Positions 30,118 through 39,891 are shown, counted from the first letter of the stretch. The stretch: DNA of 64,000 bases from Candidatus Harrisonbacteria bacterium (GCA_016192685.1 JACPTS010000001.1:311647-375646), one strand, 5' to 3'. Notes: generated by a model not told the origin, from the sequence alone. A program made the numbers and translations.

Positions 30118-33100
30118 TTACCAGTTGTAGCCGAGCCAGAAATTCCAGTCTTGCTTTCCGTATAATCCTTTACTGAATCTTGCATTCAGTCCGAGCGCAG
30201 TCGGGATATTTATGAAATATCCGGCGCTTTGCTCTAACTTCAATCCGCGATGCCCTTCAATAAACGGGGATGTTTTATCAAACCACATATCGCCAATATC
30301 ATGATATAACCCGCCGCGAATATCCAGATAAACGGTAAGCGGAGCAAACGCTTCACCAATTGGTCCGCTTATCACCGCGCCAGCCGCATTGAGAATCGGA
30401 AAACGCAATTCCGTGCTTTGCATGAGATAGCTGTTGCCCGCCTGACTGAATAACGGAATGCCTCGGAAAGTTTGATTGCCGCCCCAGATGAAAATAGTGG
30501 AATTGGGGCCGAAACTTCGGCCGCCAACCGCGCGCAATGCCAAACCGGCTCGCTCAGCGAGCGGCAAATGATATCGGGCATCCGCGTTTATTTCAATAGT
30601 TTGGAATCCTTTCTTGTGGTCAAAACCAATTTCGGTTCCGGTAAAAACCGCGGCTCCGGAATGCGGGCCGTGGCAATACCATTGATTGGCTTGGCAGTCC
30701 CAGATAGTGGTGTCTAAACTCAAGCTGGTGCCGAGCTTGGAACGCCACCATTGTACCGTGCCGGAATCCCGTTCATTTCTCACCGTTTGTTCTTTGAGGG
30801 TAACATCCCAATTGAGGAATTCATGCAGGAAGATATTTTGCGAAACGCCGACATCCATTTTATGGCGCCGGCCGTCAAAATTCCAATAGTCAAGCAGATA
30901 AGATCTGCCGGTATGCAAATTGTAATACTGGATATCCGCAAACCCCTGATTGCTGTTTTGGAGGTAAACATTGGCTGCCAATAATCGGTCATTAATTTCA
31001 TCAAGGGCCATTCCTTGCAGAGCCAGATAGCTGTTGATGCCGCCGCCGCCGAAAATAACGCCGCCAACGCCTTGAGCCTGCATTATTCTGGGCAACTTCA
31101 ATAAATTTCGGTATCGCTTTGGAATGCCGGATTTGGTATTCCATTGCCTAGCGGGAACCGCTGTTTGTTTTGAATTAACGCCGTAAGAAGAATAAACAAT
31201 CAAGTACGGAGAATTTTCGTCATTAGTTTCCATCAGGCCGCTTCCGTATACCCTTATGTTTCTATCCAGACCATAGGCATTGCCGACGGTTAAAAAGAGA
31301 GTATCATTTTTTAATTCAGCTTTTTTGACTAGCGGGATTCCGGAAGCAACCGGTGTCAGGCTGCTGGAAGCGGTGTCAAACAGAAAAATATCCAAACCAG
31401 TTTCTTTCTGCGGAACAATAAGGAATATTTTCGCTCCGTTCAGAAGCGGGTACCAGGCGATTTGTTTTTCCACCTTGACGTTCTCGGGAAAAATTTTATC
31501 CCAAGTTTTATCGGTTTCGGTGGTTACATCAAGTTCGCTGATGCTGGCATTCCATTTTTTATCCAATACCAGAATTTTGGTTTCCGATACAAAAGCCGCG
31601 TCTTGTATTTCATAGAATTCTTTACGGAATTTCTTTTTTTCTTTGCCTATTGCGTCGTAAAGAATAATTTTTGTGCGGCTCTTATCAGCCCAAATGAAAT
31701 AACGCTGGTCCGGAGACAACTTGGACAGGAAACGATTGCTTCCGGAAGATTCAGACGTGATTTCCGTATCTAGGTCATGGATTTTACCCTCCAGCCAATC
31801 GTAGATATAAGATTCTTTGTATATCACTTCTTCTTCCGGGTTTTGGGCATCGGTAATTTCGCTGTTTTTTTCAATGCTTATCATCCGCCTTTGCAATAAG
31901 GCGTTGGTTCCCGCAAGTAAAGAAATGCCGCCGTAATGTTTCATCTTTTTGAATTCATCAAGAGTGAATTGGATTGCCGTTCCAGTGGAAGAATCTGTGA
32001 GCCAGAAGCGCATTTCCGTATCGCCGCTCTTGAGAACTTCCATTGATAATTTTCTGTTTTCAACAAATAGCGCCCTGGTTTTATCTGAAGACAATGCTAC
32101 GTCAAAAATCGTCTTAGATTCCGCATCGGGAATTTTTTCACGCAGGCGCCGCACTTCAGGCCTATCCCATATTGAATCAGTGGAATGGCTGGAAGTGTTC
32201 GCAGTTACGGATGTTGAAATTGAGATTGTTTGGGGAAAAGGAGCGGTTTTTACCGACATTTCTCCTCGGGAAATAAAATTGAACGCCAATCCGCCATCGC
32301 CAAACCATTGGGGCCTAAAGATGCCGATTTTCGCGTCAGTCAATACTTCGTCAACGCGCGTGAAAAGATTGTAGCGGTGAATATTATGCGCCAATCCTTT
32401 ATCGCTGATATACAGCAAGTGGGCGCCATCAGAGGAACAAGCCGCGTAAAATTCGCTTTCCGGCGTTTGGGTTAAAAATGTAAATGTTCCGGCCGCAAGA
32501 TCGTAGAGCGCCAAGTCGTAAGAATTATTAACTTCGTTTTCAACGGAGGTAATAAGCGCGTTGCGCATTTTTGAGTAAGCCAGGCCGCGATAAGTTCGTT
32601 GGGTTGAAGTCAATTGTTTTACGGTTCCGGAACTAATATCGGCCAAAAAAAGTTCGGCGAATACGCCGTCGGCTCTGCCGACAAACGCCGCTTCTCGGTC
32701 ATTCAATATAATAGGATGCCGCATTTCGCGTATGCCATTGAATTGATGCTTAGATTTTTTGCCAAGATGAAATTTCTTTTTGTCTTTATCAAATGAAAAC
32801 TGCTGGATGACAAGCGCGTCTTGGCCGCCGACATCTATGGCGTAAGCCAGCGTTGCGCTGGAAGCAAATGACGCGCCGTGTTCCTGAAAGCCGAATTCCG
32901 GAGAAAGCTCCACTTCAAATCCTCTGACATCAACGCTTTTTAATCGGCCGCCTTCAACTAATTTTTTGGATTTTACAGCTGTGCCGTCAGTCCAGTTGAG
33001 AAACAGCGTTTCCCGGCCGTAAACTTCTTTTTTGGTGATGAAGAATTGATCGCGAGCGGCCAGAAGTGTTCCGTCGCCAATTGATATTGCTTCATCGGCA

Positions 33101-34017
33101 ATATCGGTTTTTATCCGAAGAGGCGAGTAGCGCTGTTCAATGTGCCGCCAGAGTTTTTTATCAAATTCTTCCAGGGTGTCACCGGTTGCCTTTTTAAAAG
33201 CTTTGGCGAATTTCATTTCTGCGCTGGCTTTAAGAATGGCGCTGATAACATCGCCTTTTTCTTTATAATGAGCGGCCATAAAGTGGAGAATGAATTCTCC
33301 TTCTTTATAGACCAAGCTGGTGTACCAGGGGCTCCATTTACTGATTCTCGCGAGATAGCCGTTAAGATAAGCGTCTCGCATAACCAGCTCTCCGCGCGGA
33401 TCCCATTCGTGGGCCATATGTTCAGCTGACCCCTCTATGAACCAGAGAGGCAAATCGCGGAACATAAAGTTCATCAGCGTAAGCCGAAGAAATTCGCCTT
33501 GATATCTGTGAGTCAATTCATGTCTTAATAGCCTTTGGAATCCTCGCGGTGAATCGCGGAAGGCGATAACTACGCGTTTCCATTTAATCATCTCGGTTTC
33601 GCCGCCCAATCCCTTGGGCACCAATCCCCAGATAATATTTGCCTCTTCGAAATCGCGGGAAGAATTGAAAATCACGATGCGGATTTTCTCCGCAAAATGA
33701 TTCATGTTCATTTTCTCGCTGAATTCCTTATAGGTTGCTTCGGCGTTTTCAAGATAGAGAGCCGCCAGTTGTTCGCTGTTGCCGTAAGTGTAAATTTGAA
33801 AGTGCGGAGATTCCAGCACTTTCCAATCGTATTTGCCGTAACGCGGTTTATTTTTGTGGAGATGGCCGTTGGGCAAAAAATCCACGTATTTGAAGTCAAT
33901 TTCCGGAAAAATATATCTCTCTAATGTTTCCAGTGTGTCAGCATAGCTTTGAGTTTTGAAACTAAGCGAAGCAATAAGAATTGCAGACAAAAACAGCAAT
34001 TTCTGTTTTAGCTTCAT
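30118..34017 (-). CDS. large secreted protein: zincin (HELTH) peptidase MA-like domain, TolB-like beta-propellers and C-terminal Omp85/BamA-like barrel
   Basis: signal peptide from ATG 34017; LRHELTH..Q and PLWFIEG.AE; propeller repeats; GG..TFRG...ELRFP and terminal FWLGYNW. Confidence 0.72.
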   Translation of the reverse strand: MKLKQKLLFLSAILIASLSFKTQSYADTLETLERYIFPEIDFKYVDFLPNGHLHKNKPRYGKYDWKVLESPHFQIYTYGNSEQLAALYLENAEATYKEFSEKMNMNHFAEKIRIVIFNSSRDFEEANIIWGLVPKGLGGETEMIKWKRVVIAFRDSPRGFQRLLRHELTHRYQGEFLRLTLMNFMFRDLPLWFIEGSAEHMAHEWDPRGELVMRDAYLNGYLARISKWSPWYTSLVYKEGEFILHFMAAHYKEKGDVISAILKASAEMKFAKAFKKATGDTLEEFDKKLWRHIEQRYSPLRIKTDIADEAISIGDGTLLAARDQFFITKKEVYGRETLFLNWTDGTAVKSKKLVEGGRLKSVDVRGFEVELSPEFGFQEHGASFASSATLAYAIDVGGQDALVIQQFSFDKDKKKFHLGKKSKHQFNGIREMRHPIILNDREAAFVGRADGVFAELFLADISSGTVKQLTSTQRTYRGLAYSKMRNALITSVENEVNNSYDLALYDLAAGTFTFLTQTPESEFYAACSSDGAHLLYISDKGLAHNIHRYNLFTRVDEVLTDAKIGIFRPQWFGDGGLAFNFISRGEMSVKTAPFPQTISISTSVTANTSSHSTDSIWDRPEVRRLREKIPDAESKTIFDVALSSDKTRALFVENRKLSMEVLKSGDTEMRFWLTDSSTGTAIQFTLDEFKKMKHYGGISLLAGTNALLQRRMISIEKNSEITDAQNPEEEVIYKESYIYDWLEGKIHDLDTEITSESSGSNRFLSKLSPDQRYFIWADKSRTKIILYDAIGKEKKKFRKEFYEIQDAAFVSETKILVLDKKWNASISELDVTTETDKTWDKIFPENVKVEKQIAWYPLLNGAKIFLIVPQKETGLDIFLFDTASSSLTPVASGIPLVKKAELKNDTLFLTVGNAYGLDRNIRVYGSGLMETNDENSPYLIVYSSYGVNSKQTAVPARQWNTKSGIPKRYRNLLKLPRIMQAQGVGGVIFGGGGINSYLALQGMALDEINDRLLAANVYLQNSNQGFADIQYYNLHTGRSYLLDYWNFDGRRHKMDVGVSQNIFLHEFLNWDVTLKEQTVRNERDSGTVQWWRSKLGTSLSLDTTIWDCQANQWYCHGPHSGAAVFTGTEIGFDHKKGFQTIEINADARYHLPLAERAGLALRAVGGRSFGPNSTIFIWGGNQTFRGIPLFSQAGNSYLMQSTELRFPILNAAGAVISGPIGEAFAPLTVYLDIRGGLYHDIGDMWFDKTSPFIEGHRGLKLEQSAGYFINIPTALGLNARFSKGLYGKQDWNFWLGYNW

Positions 34018-34159
34018 GATTATTTTCTTTATTTGGATATCAATGAATCTGAATAGATTGTACGGAAAAATAGCGGACAAGTCAAAGCGCTGTTTTCCTT
34101 GCTCTTTTTTGGGGTTGCGCTTACTATTTTAATAGATTGCCTTTGAAAATTAATTAGAG

Positions 34160-34699
34160 ATGAACATACATGATTTTTTTGCGTCCCTGAAAGGTAATGG
34201 CCAGGAATTGTTAAACGGGTTAGATGAGCTTAGGAAGCGCCTGGGATTGGAAAGGCTTTATTTAATTTATGCCAATGAGCAAGAAATAGTGTGGGGAACT
34301 CGCGGCACAGAGGTTGATTATGAAAATGTCGCTCGAGAACTTTTGAAATTTGTTCAGGAACATACCGGCCTGAATTATGATACGGAAATGACTAGACTGG
34401 TGGTCTTTGGAAATGAGATGGCAGAAGTGGATTATGTGCTAAATAAGGAATTGATACCTTATATTGAGAGCCATGAAGGCCGCTTGGAAATAGTGTCTAT
34501 CAGTGAAAATACCGGAGAAATTGTTGTTTCTTTGCGCGGAGCTTGCGGCACTTGTCCAAGCGCGATTTTTACCATGAAAGCTGGAATTGAACGAACTTTA
34601 AAAAGCCTCTTGCCTTGGGTGAAGACGGTAAAATCATTTGATAAGCCGGAAGAGCCGGATGAAAAAAATGACTTTCGGGATTACGGGGGCGAAGGATGA
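34160..34699 (+). CDS. NifU C-terminal domain (Nfu) protein
   Basis: PYI.SH.G..E.V...V.LRGACGTCPSA..T.K.GIE..L. Confidence 0.85.
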   Translation: MNIHDFFASLKGNGQELLNGLDELRKRLGLERLYLIYANEQEIVWGTRGTEVDYENVARELLKFVQEHTGLNYDTEMTRLVVFGNEMAEVDYVLNKELIPYIESHEGRLEIVSISENTGEIVVSLRGACGTCPSAIFTMKAGIERTLKSLLPWVKTVKSFDKPEEPDEKNDFRDYGGEG

Positions 34700-34778
34700 C
34701 GCCCCATTTTTTTACTTGACTAAATAATTAAAATCGCCTACGCTTATAAAAGTTTCTTGAATTATCAAATCAAGCAGA

Positions 34779-35459
34779 ATGGCCTCCAAGAGACAGCTGA
34801 TTCTTCTAACTTATGCCCTGATATTCAATTTTGCTTTTCCCAACCGGGTTTCGGGACAAAATACCAAACTTTCCGTAGAAACGGCTTTTGGCAACTACCA
34901 ATTTCCAGGAGCATTTCTCAGAGTAGACAAGTCATTGGTTACGACACCGGATAATTTTGAGGGAAGCATCCGGGAAGTCCGAATCGCTTATGCTTTATTT
35001 GAATCTTGGTCAATTGGACTGCAATTATTCAAGGTGGAAGCTGACGGCTATGGCCAATGGGCCAGATCTGACACTTCGGAAATTCTTGCCGCCAATAATG
35101 TCGCTGGGACAATCAGCGGCCGGACTGATTGGGATATGAAAGGAGCCGCGGTTGATTTTGAATTCCAGCCTAAGAAATTTTGGAAAAATAAAGTTATTCC
35201 TTATCTTCGGTCCGGAGTGGGTGTCGCGGAACTGGCCGTAACTTTCAATGGCCAATTTGATGGTCATGAAACTTTCAGCGGCTTCAATTTTCCCGTAAAT
35301 GAGCCGGCGGTAGATAGGGTAATCACTCAGATACCGATTGTAACTTCGGAACTCGGTTGCCACTTCCGCCTGACAAATAAGCTTTTGGTTTCCGGTTCTT
35401 ACTATTGGAATATGGGCGGCCATGGCCCGAAAGGAGCTTTAATTTTGGAATTATTTTAA
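34779..35459 (+). CDS. putative small outer-membrane beta-barrel protein
   Basis: signal peptide; PY...GVG strand motif typical of 8-stranded barrels; C-terminal Phe. Confidence 0.55.
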   Translation: MASKRQLILLTYALIFNFAFPNRVSGQNTKLSVETAFGNYQFPGAFLRVDKSLVTTPDNFEGSIREVRIAYALFESWSIGLQLFKVEADGYGQWARSDTSEILAANNVAGTISGRTDWDMKGAAVDFEFQPKKFWKNKVIPYLRSGVGVAELAVTFNGQFDGHETFSGFNFPVNEPAVDRVITQIPIVTSELGCHFRLTNKLLVSGSYYWNMGGHGPKGALILELF

Positions 35460-35517
35460 AAGAGGCAAATGCCTCTTTTGTTTTTTGTTTTTTCAAATTA
35501 TATTTAACTTATTGATC

Positions 35518-35589
35518 GCCCTCGTCGTTCAACGGATAGGACGCAAGATTGCGGATCTTGTAATAGAGGTTCAACTCCTCTCGAGGGCA
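35518..35589 (+). tRNA. tRNA-Arg(GCG)
   Basis: GCCCTCG acceptor; CAAGA-TTGCGGA-TCTTG anticodon arm. Confidence 0.92.
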
Positions 35590-35606
35590 CTAAAGTTTGA
35601 CAAGGC

Positions 35607-35770
35607 GGTGCGCGCTGAGGGGATAGAACCGCTCGGAAACCCTCGGTTTTCCGACGGTCGCCTACGGCGACCTGCCTTCCGATACGGGAAACTCCCGTTT
35701 CCCGACCCCTTCCCGTTCAATTCCCTCAAGCTAAAAATAAAAATTACCGATGAACGGTAATTTTTATTTT
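35607..35770 (-). repeat. structured element ending in a duplicate of the tRNA-Val 3' end
   Basis: 35607-35630 is a near-direct copy of 35771-35793; several internal hairpins. Confidence 0.7.
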
Positions 35771-35771
35771 G

Positions 35772-35843
35772 TGCGCGCTGAGGGAATTGAACCCCCGACC
35801 TTTGCTGTGTAAAAGCACTGCTCTGCCGCTGAGCTAAGCGCGC
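35772..35843 (-). tRNA. tRNA-Val(TAC)
   Basis: GCGCGCT acceptor; anticodon loop TTTACAC. Confidence 0.93.
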
Positions 35844-35887
35844 AATTATTATGAATATAAAATAAAAGAACCTTTTTGGGAAGGTTC

Positions 35888-36325
35888 TTAATCAGGAGAC
35901 ACATCTCGATTGGAATAAATTAGTTTGACTATTGCTTTTGATTCTCCTTCTTCATTGGCAATCCTTGCTTCCACAAATACTAATTTTTTGGTTAATCGCT
36001 TCAATTCTGCCCAGGCCAGAATTTTTTTATCTTTTCCAAAAATGGTTTTCCGATAGCATCGGAGCTGGGAAATTATCAGAGGGGGAAAACGCTCGCATTG
36101 CATTTTAGCAACTTGGACTCCGGCAAAATTGGCAAGAGCGCCCAATTCGCCGCCATTAACAATATAAGTGCCTTCTTCTTTTACGCATAAAGCCAAAGTA
36201 ACCGGAGTTGAGACAATTGCCGTTCGTTCAGTCAGGCCATCTAATTGGAATTTGTGCTTTTCTTTAATGCAGGGATGATTATTAAAATCCTTTTTAATCT
36301 TCTCAATCTTTTCTTTTTCTTCCAT
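35888..36325 (-). CDS. hotdog-fold (PaaI-like thioesterase) protein
   Basis: IVNGG.L.ALAN.AG helix followed by the hotdog strand pattern. Confidence 0.65.
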   Translation of the reverse strand: MEEKEKIEKIKKDFNNHPCIKEKHKFQLDGLTERTAIVSTPVTLALCVKEEGTYIVNGGELGALANFAGVQVAKMQCERFPPLIISQLRCYRKTIFGKDKKILAWAELKRLTKKLVFVEARIANEEGESKAIVKLIYSNRDVSPD

Positions 36326-36417
36326 TCCTATATTTAATTTTTTTTGTTCTATAAGAACTTTAAATCAAATGGCTATTTTTTGTCAATCAATTCTTTGATT
36401 TTTTTGATATAAAGCTG

Positions 36418-36490
36418 TGGGTCAGGATGGAATCGGACCATCGATCCCCAAGGTATAAGCTTGGTGCTTTAACCGCTAAGCTACTGACCC
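36418..36490 (-). tRNA. tRNA-Ile(TAT)
   Basis: GGGTCAG acceptor; CCAAG-CTTATAC-CTTGG anticodon arm; A discriminator. Confidence 0.9.
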
Positions 36491-36606
36491 ATTTATAAAA
36501 TTATATATAAACTAACATTTTTTGAAACTATTGACAAATTATTATAGTATGGTATAATTATTTTAGTACATTGAGTTCTGAAAATTCTTAAAAACAAGGA
36601 GGTAGT

Positions 36607-37008
36607 ATGGAGTGGGGGCAATTGGTGCTTGTAACTATTCGGGTGCTTTCGGGAATATCCTTAGTCTCTTTTTCTTTATTTATGATTTACGAAATGCTTC
36701 CAGATTGGGAACGTTGTCGCAATCTTTTGCCAGAAAAACCAGAATATTCAAAAGATATAAATTATATACGCCGTCTAAATGCAGAATTACTTTGGAAAAA
36801 TGAATGTTTGTCATCTTTGGGAAACTACTTATTTATATCATTACCTCTAACTTGTTTCGGACTAACATTAATAACTGAAAAAGATTTTTTATCAATAATT
36901 GGAGTTTTCTCTTTCCTTTTATTTTTGTCTTATCTTGCCATAAGCACAGTAATTTCTTGGATTCAGAAAACAATCAAAAAAGGAGGAGTGAAATGTACAT
37001 CTCAATAG
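36607..37008 (+). CDS. hypothetical membrane protein
   Basis: TTGACA..TATAAT promoter and AAGGAGG SD upstream; three TM segments. Confidence 0.6.
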   Translation: MEWGQLVLVTIRVLSGISLVSFSLFMIYEMLPDWERCRNLLPEKPEYSKDINYIRRLNAELLWKNECLSSLGNYLFISLPLTCFGLTLITEKDFLSIIGVFSFLLFLSYLAISTVISWIQKTIKKGGVKCTSQ

Positions 37009-37202
37009 AGATGCTTGTGACGATGTGGTGCGGCCTTGGATTGATCGGCTTCATCAATGCGCTCCAGAAGCTTTACGGCGGAATCGCCGCAGGAATCTTG
37101 GCTATAAGATGGGAACTTGGCTATGATCTTAGCGTTTCGCTCATGGGAGGACCTTTCTCGCTTCTTTTTTCAATCAACCCTTGGCTTCCACTATCAAAGT
37201 AA
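36993..37202 (+). CDS. small hypothetical membrane protein
   Basis: AGGAGG SD before ATG 36993; hydrophobic; followed by a terminator. Confidence 0.5.
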   Translation: MYISIEMLVTMWCGLGLIGFINALQKLYGGIAAGILAIRWELGYDLSVSLMGGPFSLLFSINPWLPLSK

Positions 37203-37263
37203 CCAACAGCCCCGCGCTTACATAGGCGGGGCTTTTGTTTTTTAAAAACCTCGCGTCAAACTG

Positions 37264-37295
37264 GTTAACAATATTACGATCGTAACATTGTTAAC
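37264..37295. repeat. CGATCG-centred palindrome downstream of the PaaX/Cas2-like gene
   Basis: GTTAACAATATTACGA|TCGTAACATTGTTAAC (1 mismatch). Confidence 0.92.
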
Positions 37296-37316
37296 TAAAA
37301 TAATTTATTCTTTTAT

Positions 37317-37889
37317 CTAATTTAATGACCCCTTTTTAATTACCCTAAAAATATGTATATAAGAAGTTAATTCGAGTTTTTCTATATCAAATAAAAAATC
37401 TTCTGGAATTTTATATTCTCCCGCCCACACACTTTTTTGCAGCATTTCAAATGCTAATAATTTTAATTGTTTTCTTAACCATATTCTTTTATATTTTAAT
37501 CTTTCCGGTATGTCAAAAATTATAAGATTTAAAGCACTATCTTTATGGGGTGCGTATAATCTTTTCGGAAAATAAGCAGTTTTGAATATTTTAATTTTTT
37601 CTAATTTTTGTATACCGTTTTTAGTAATTTGCCAATGCGATAACCCTTTTATTTTTTGTTTTTTTATAAAACCCTGTTTTTTAAGACGAGAAAGTAGGGC
37701 GAAAAAGCTTTTTTCTTGTAATCTTTCAATCTGTTTTTTATTTAGTTTTTCAGGATAAGTATAACCGTGCATTACTCGGCGCATTGCCTTGTAAGTTTTT
37801 TGATATCCAGGAATAATGTCGTCTATAAGTTCGGCGGTAACTAAAACTTTATGGCGCAATTTTTTTAATATAATTTCTGTTTGGGTCAT
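37317..37889 (-). CDS. PaaX-like protein: winged HTH plus Cas2-like domain
   Basis: LSRLKKQGFI....WQIT..G wHTH; LIIFDIPE..K.KR.WLR..L....F..LQKSVW Cas2-like motif. Confidence 0.85.
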   Translation of the reverse strand: MTQTEIILKKLRHKVLVTAELIDDIIPGYQKTYKAMRRVMHGYTYPEKLNKKQIERLQEKSFFALLSRLKKQGFIKKQKIKGLSHWQITKNGIQKLEKIKIFKTAYFPKRLYAPHKDSALNLIIFDIPERLKYKRIWLRKQLKLLAFEMLQKSVWAGEYKIPEDFLFDIEKLELTSYIHIFRVIKKGSLN

Positions 37890-37912
37890 ACTTATATTTT
37901 ATTCATTAACGC

Positions 37913-37948
37913 TAGTTAACAACATTACGATCGTAATATTGTTAACTA
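37913..37948. repeat. CGATCG-centred palindrome upstream of the PaaX/Cas2-like gene
   Basis: TAGTTAACAACATTACGA|TCGTAATATTGTTAACTA (1 mismatch). Confidence 0.92.
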
Positions 37949-37983
37949 ATTAAAAATTAACGGAAAAACTAATTTCTTGATTT

Positions 37984-39834
37984 TTAAATACCTAGCGGTT
38001 TCAATTTAAATCCGCCAACAATTTTATTAAAGTCTTCCTGCTCCAAGGTCTCTTTTTCCATCAAAGCCGAGGCAATGGCTTTCAATACCTGCCTTCGGGA
38101 ACTGATGATTTTTTTGGTTAAATCATAGGCATGGTCAATAAAAACTTTTACCTCCTCGTCAATTTTCGCCGCCACGCTTTCCGAATAATTCCGTTCGTGA
38201 GAAATTTCTTTTCCTAAAAATACCAATTCCTGGGTTTCACCGAAAGTCTGCGGCCCAAGTTTTTCGCTCATCCCAAATTGGGTGACTAAAGCCCTTGCCA
38301 CCCGGGAAGCTTCTTTTAAATCGCTTGAAGCGCCGGTGCTCATATCGCCAAAAACCATTTTTTCCGCCACATAGCCGCCAAGCGCCACCGCAATATCCGT
38401 TAAAAATTGGGTGCGGCTCCGCAAGTGCAATTCCTCCGTGGGCAATTTCAAAGTATATCCGCCAGCCCGGCCGCGGCTGACAATAGAAACTTTATGCACC
38501 GGGTCCGCGTCTTTTAAACTCGCGGCCACCAGCGCGTGCCCGGCTTCATGGTAAGCGGTAATTTCTTTTTCTTTCTGGGTAATCACCCGGCCTTTCCGCT
38601 CCGGACCAAGCAATACTTTTTCCACTGAAGAATAAAGGTCGTCTTGGGAAACTAATTTTCGGTTGTGCCTTGCGGCCAAAATCGCCGATTCATTCATCAA
38701 ATTTGCCAAATCCGCGCCGGAAAATCCGGGAGTACGGACAGCCACTTTTCTCAAATCCACGTCTTTTCCAAGCGGTTTTTCTTTGGAATGGATTTTCAAG
38801 ATTTCTTCCCGGTCTTTAATATCCGGCAAGTCCAAAATTACCCGGCGGTCAAAACGGCCCGGACGAAGTAAAGCCCGGTCTAAAATATCCGGCCGGTTAG
38901 TTGCGGCAAGCACAATTACATTAGTATCCCGCTCAAAACCGTCCATTTCCACCAAAATTTGGTTTAAAGTTTGCTCCCGTTCATCGTGGCCGCCGCCTAG
39001 CCCGGCGCCCCGCTCCCGGCCAACCGCGTCAATTTCATCAACAAATAATATGGAAGGCGCGGCTTTTCTGGCAGTCTGGAAAGCATCGCGGGTTCGGGCC
39101 GCGCCGACTCCGACGAACATTTCCACGAATTCAGACGCGGAAATATGGAAAAAGGGGACATTGGCTTCGCCAGCCACTGCCCGCGCGAGCAGGGTTTTGC
39201 CGGTTCCCGGCGGGCCCATTAAAAGCACGCCGCGCGGAATCCGGGCGCCCATTTCCAGAAATTTTTTCGGATTTTTCAAAAAATCCACCACTTCTTCCAA
39301 TTCTTGTTTAGCTTCTTTTAGCCCGGCTACGTCTTTAAAAGTGAGCCGGTCTTTAAAAGCGCCGAACATTTTTAAATTGGATTTTCCGAAACTGAAAGCT
39401 TGGCCAGCGCCGGCTTTGGCTTGGCTGAAAATAAACCAAAACATGGCGCCGATAATAATCAGCGGCAAAAGCGTCGGAATTAAAATTTCCGCCCAAAAAC
39501 GCCAGCCGCCCGGCTCTTTAACTTCTAAATTAACCGATTGCAGAGCCGCGGAATTAACGCCGTAATTATTTAAAGTTTCCGTCAGGCCGGCTTCGGATTC
39601 TTTTTTAGCCACTGCCCTCTCTTCATTTTTTAAATCAATAAAAAGGTCATTGCCGCGAATGGTAATTTTTTCCGCTTCTCCCTTATTGATTCTGGTCACT
39701 AAATCGCTGATGGATAATTCCAGCGGCGCCTTGCCGGTCTGGAATAAAAGCGAAAAGGCAAGCGAGATCGCCAATAAAGTAATGGTGGCCCAGAACAGGT
39801 TTTTAGAAAAATTAATTTCTTTCTTAATTCTCAT
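37984..39834 (-). CDS. ftsH: ATP-dependent zinc metalloprotease FtsH
   Basis: two TM helices, [27 protein letters not shown]. Confidence 0.98.
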   Translation of the reverse strand: MRIKKEINFSKNLFWATITLLAISLAFSLLFQTGKAPLELSISDLVTRINKGEAEKITIRGNDLFIDLKNEERAVAKKESEAGLTETLNNYGVNSAALQSVNLEVKEPGGWRFWAEILIPTLLPLIIIGAMFWFIFSQAKAGAGQAFSFGKSNLKMFGAFKDRLTFKDVAGLKEAKQELEEVVDFLKNPKKFLEMGARIPRGVLLMGPPGTGKTLLARAVAGEANVPFFHISASEFVEMFVGVGAARTRDAFQTARKAAPSILFVDEIDAVGRERGAGLGGGHDEREQTLNQILVEMDGFERDTNVIVLAATNRPDILDRALLRPGRFDRRVILDLPDIKDREEILKIHSKEKPLGKDVDLRKVAVRTPGFSGADLANLMNESAILAARHNRKLVSQDDLYSSVEKVLLGPERKGRVITQKEKEITAYHEAGHALVAASLKDADPVHKVSIVSRGRAGGYTLKLPTEELHLRSRTQFLTDIAVALGGYVAEKMVFGDMSTGASSDLKEASRVARALVTQFGMSEKLGPQTFGETQELVFLGKEISHERNYSESVAAKIDEEVKVFIDHAYDLTKKIISSRRQVLKAIASALMEKETLEQEDFNKIVGGFKLKPLGI

Positions 39835-39891
39835 AGCTTTAAGTATATAAAAAAATAACAAAAAGAAAAAGCCCCGTCAACTGGCCGCTTC

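Noticed and set aside
37317-37889. CRISPR-Cas locus suggested by the Cas2-like motif
   Set aside because: No repeat-spacer array, cas1 or effector genes in the window; the domain is fused to a wHTH as in PaaX.
38663-39565. 300-aa ORF on the + strand, plus other long antisense ORFs such as 46750-47343 and 16157-16543
   Set aside because: Antisense shadows of ftsH, gyrA and nusA, with no independent motifs.
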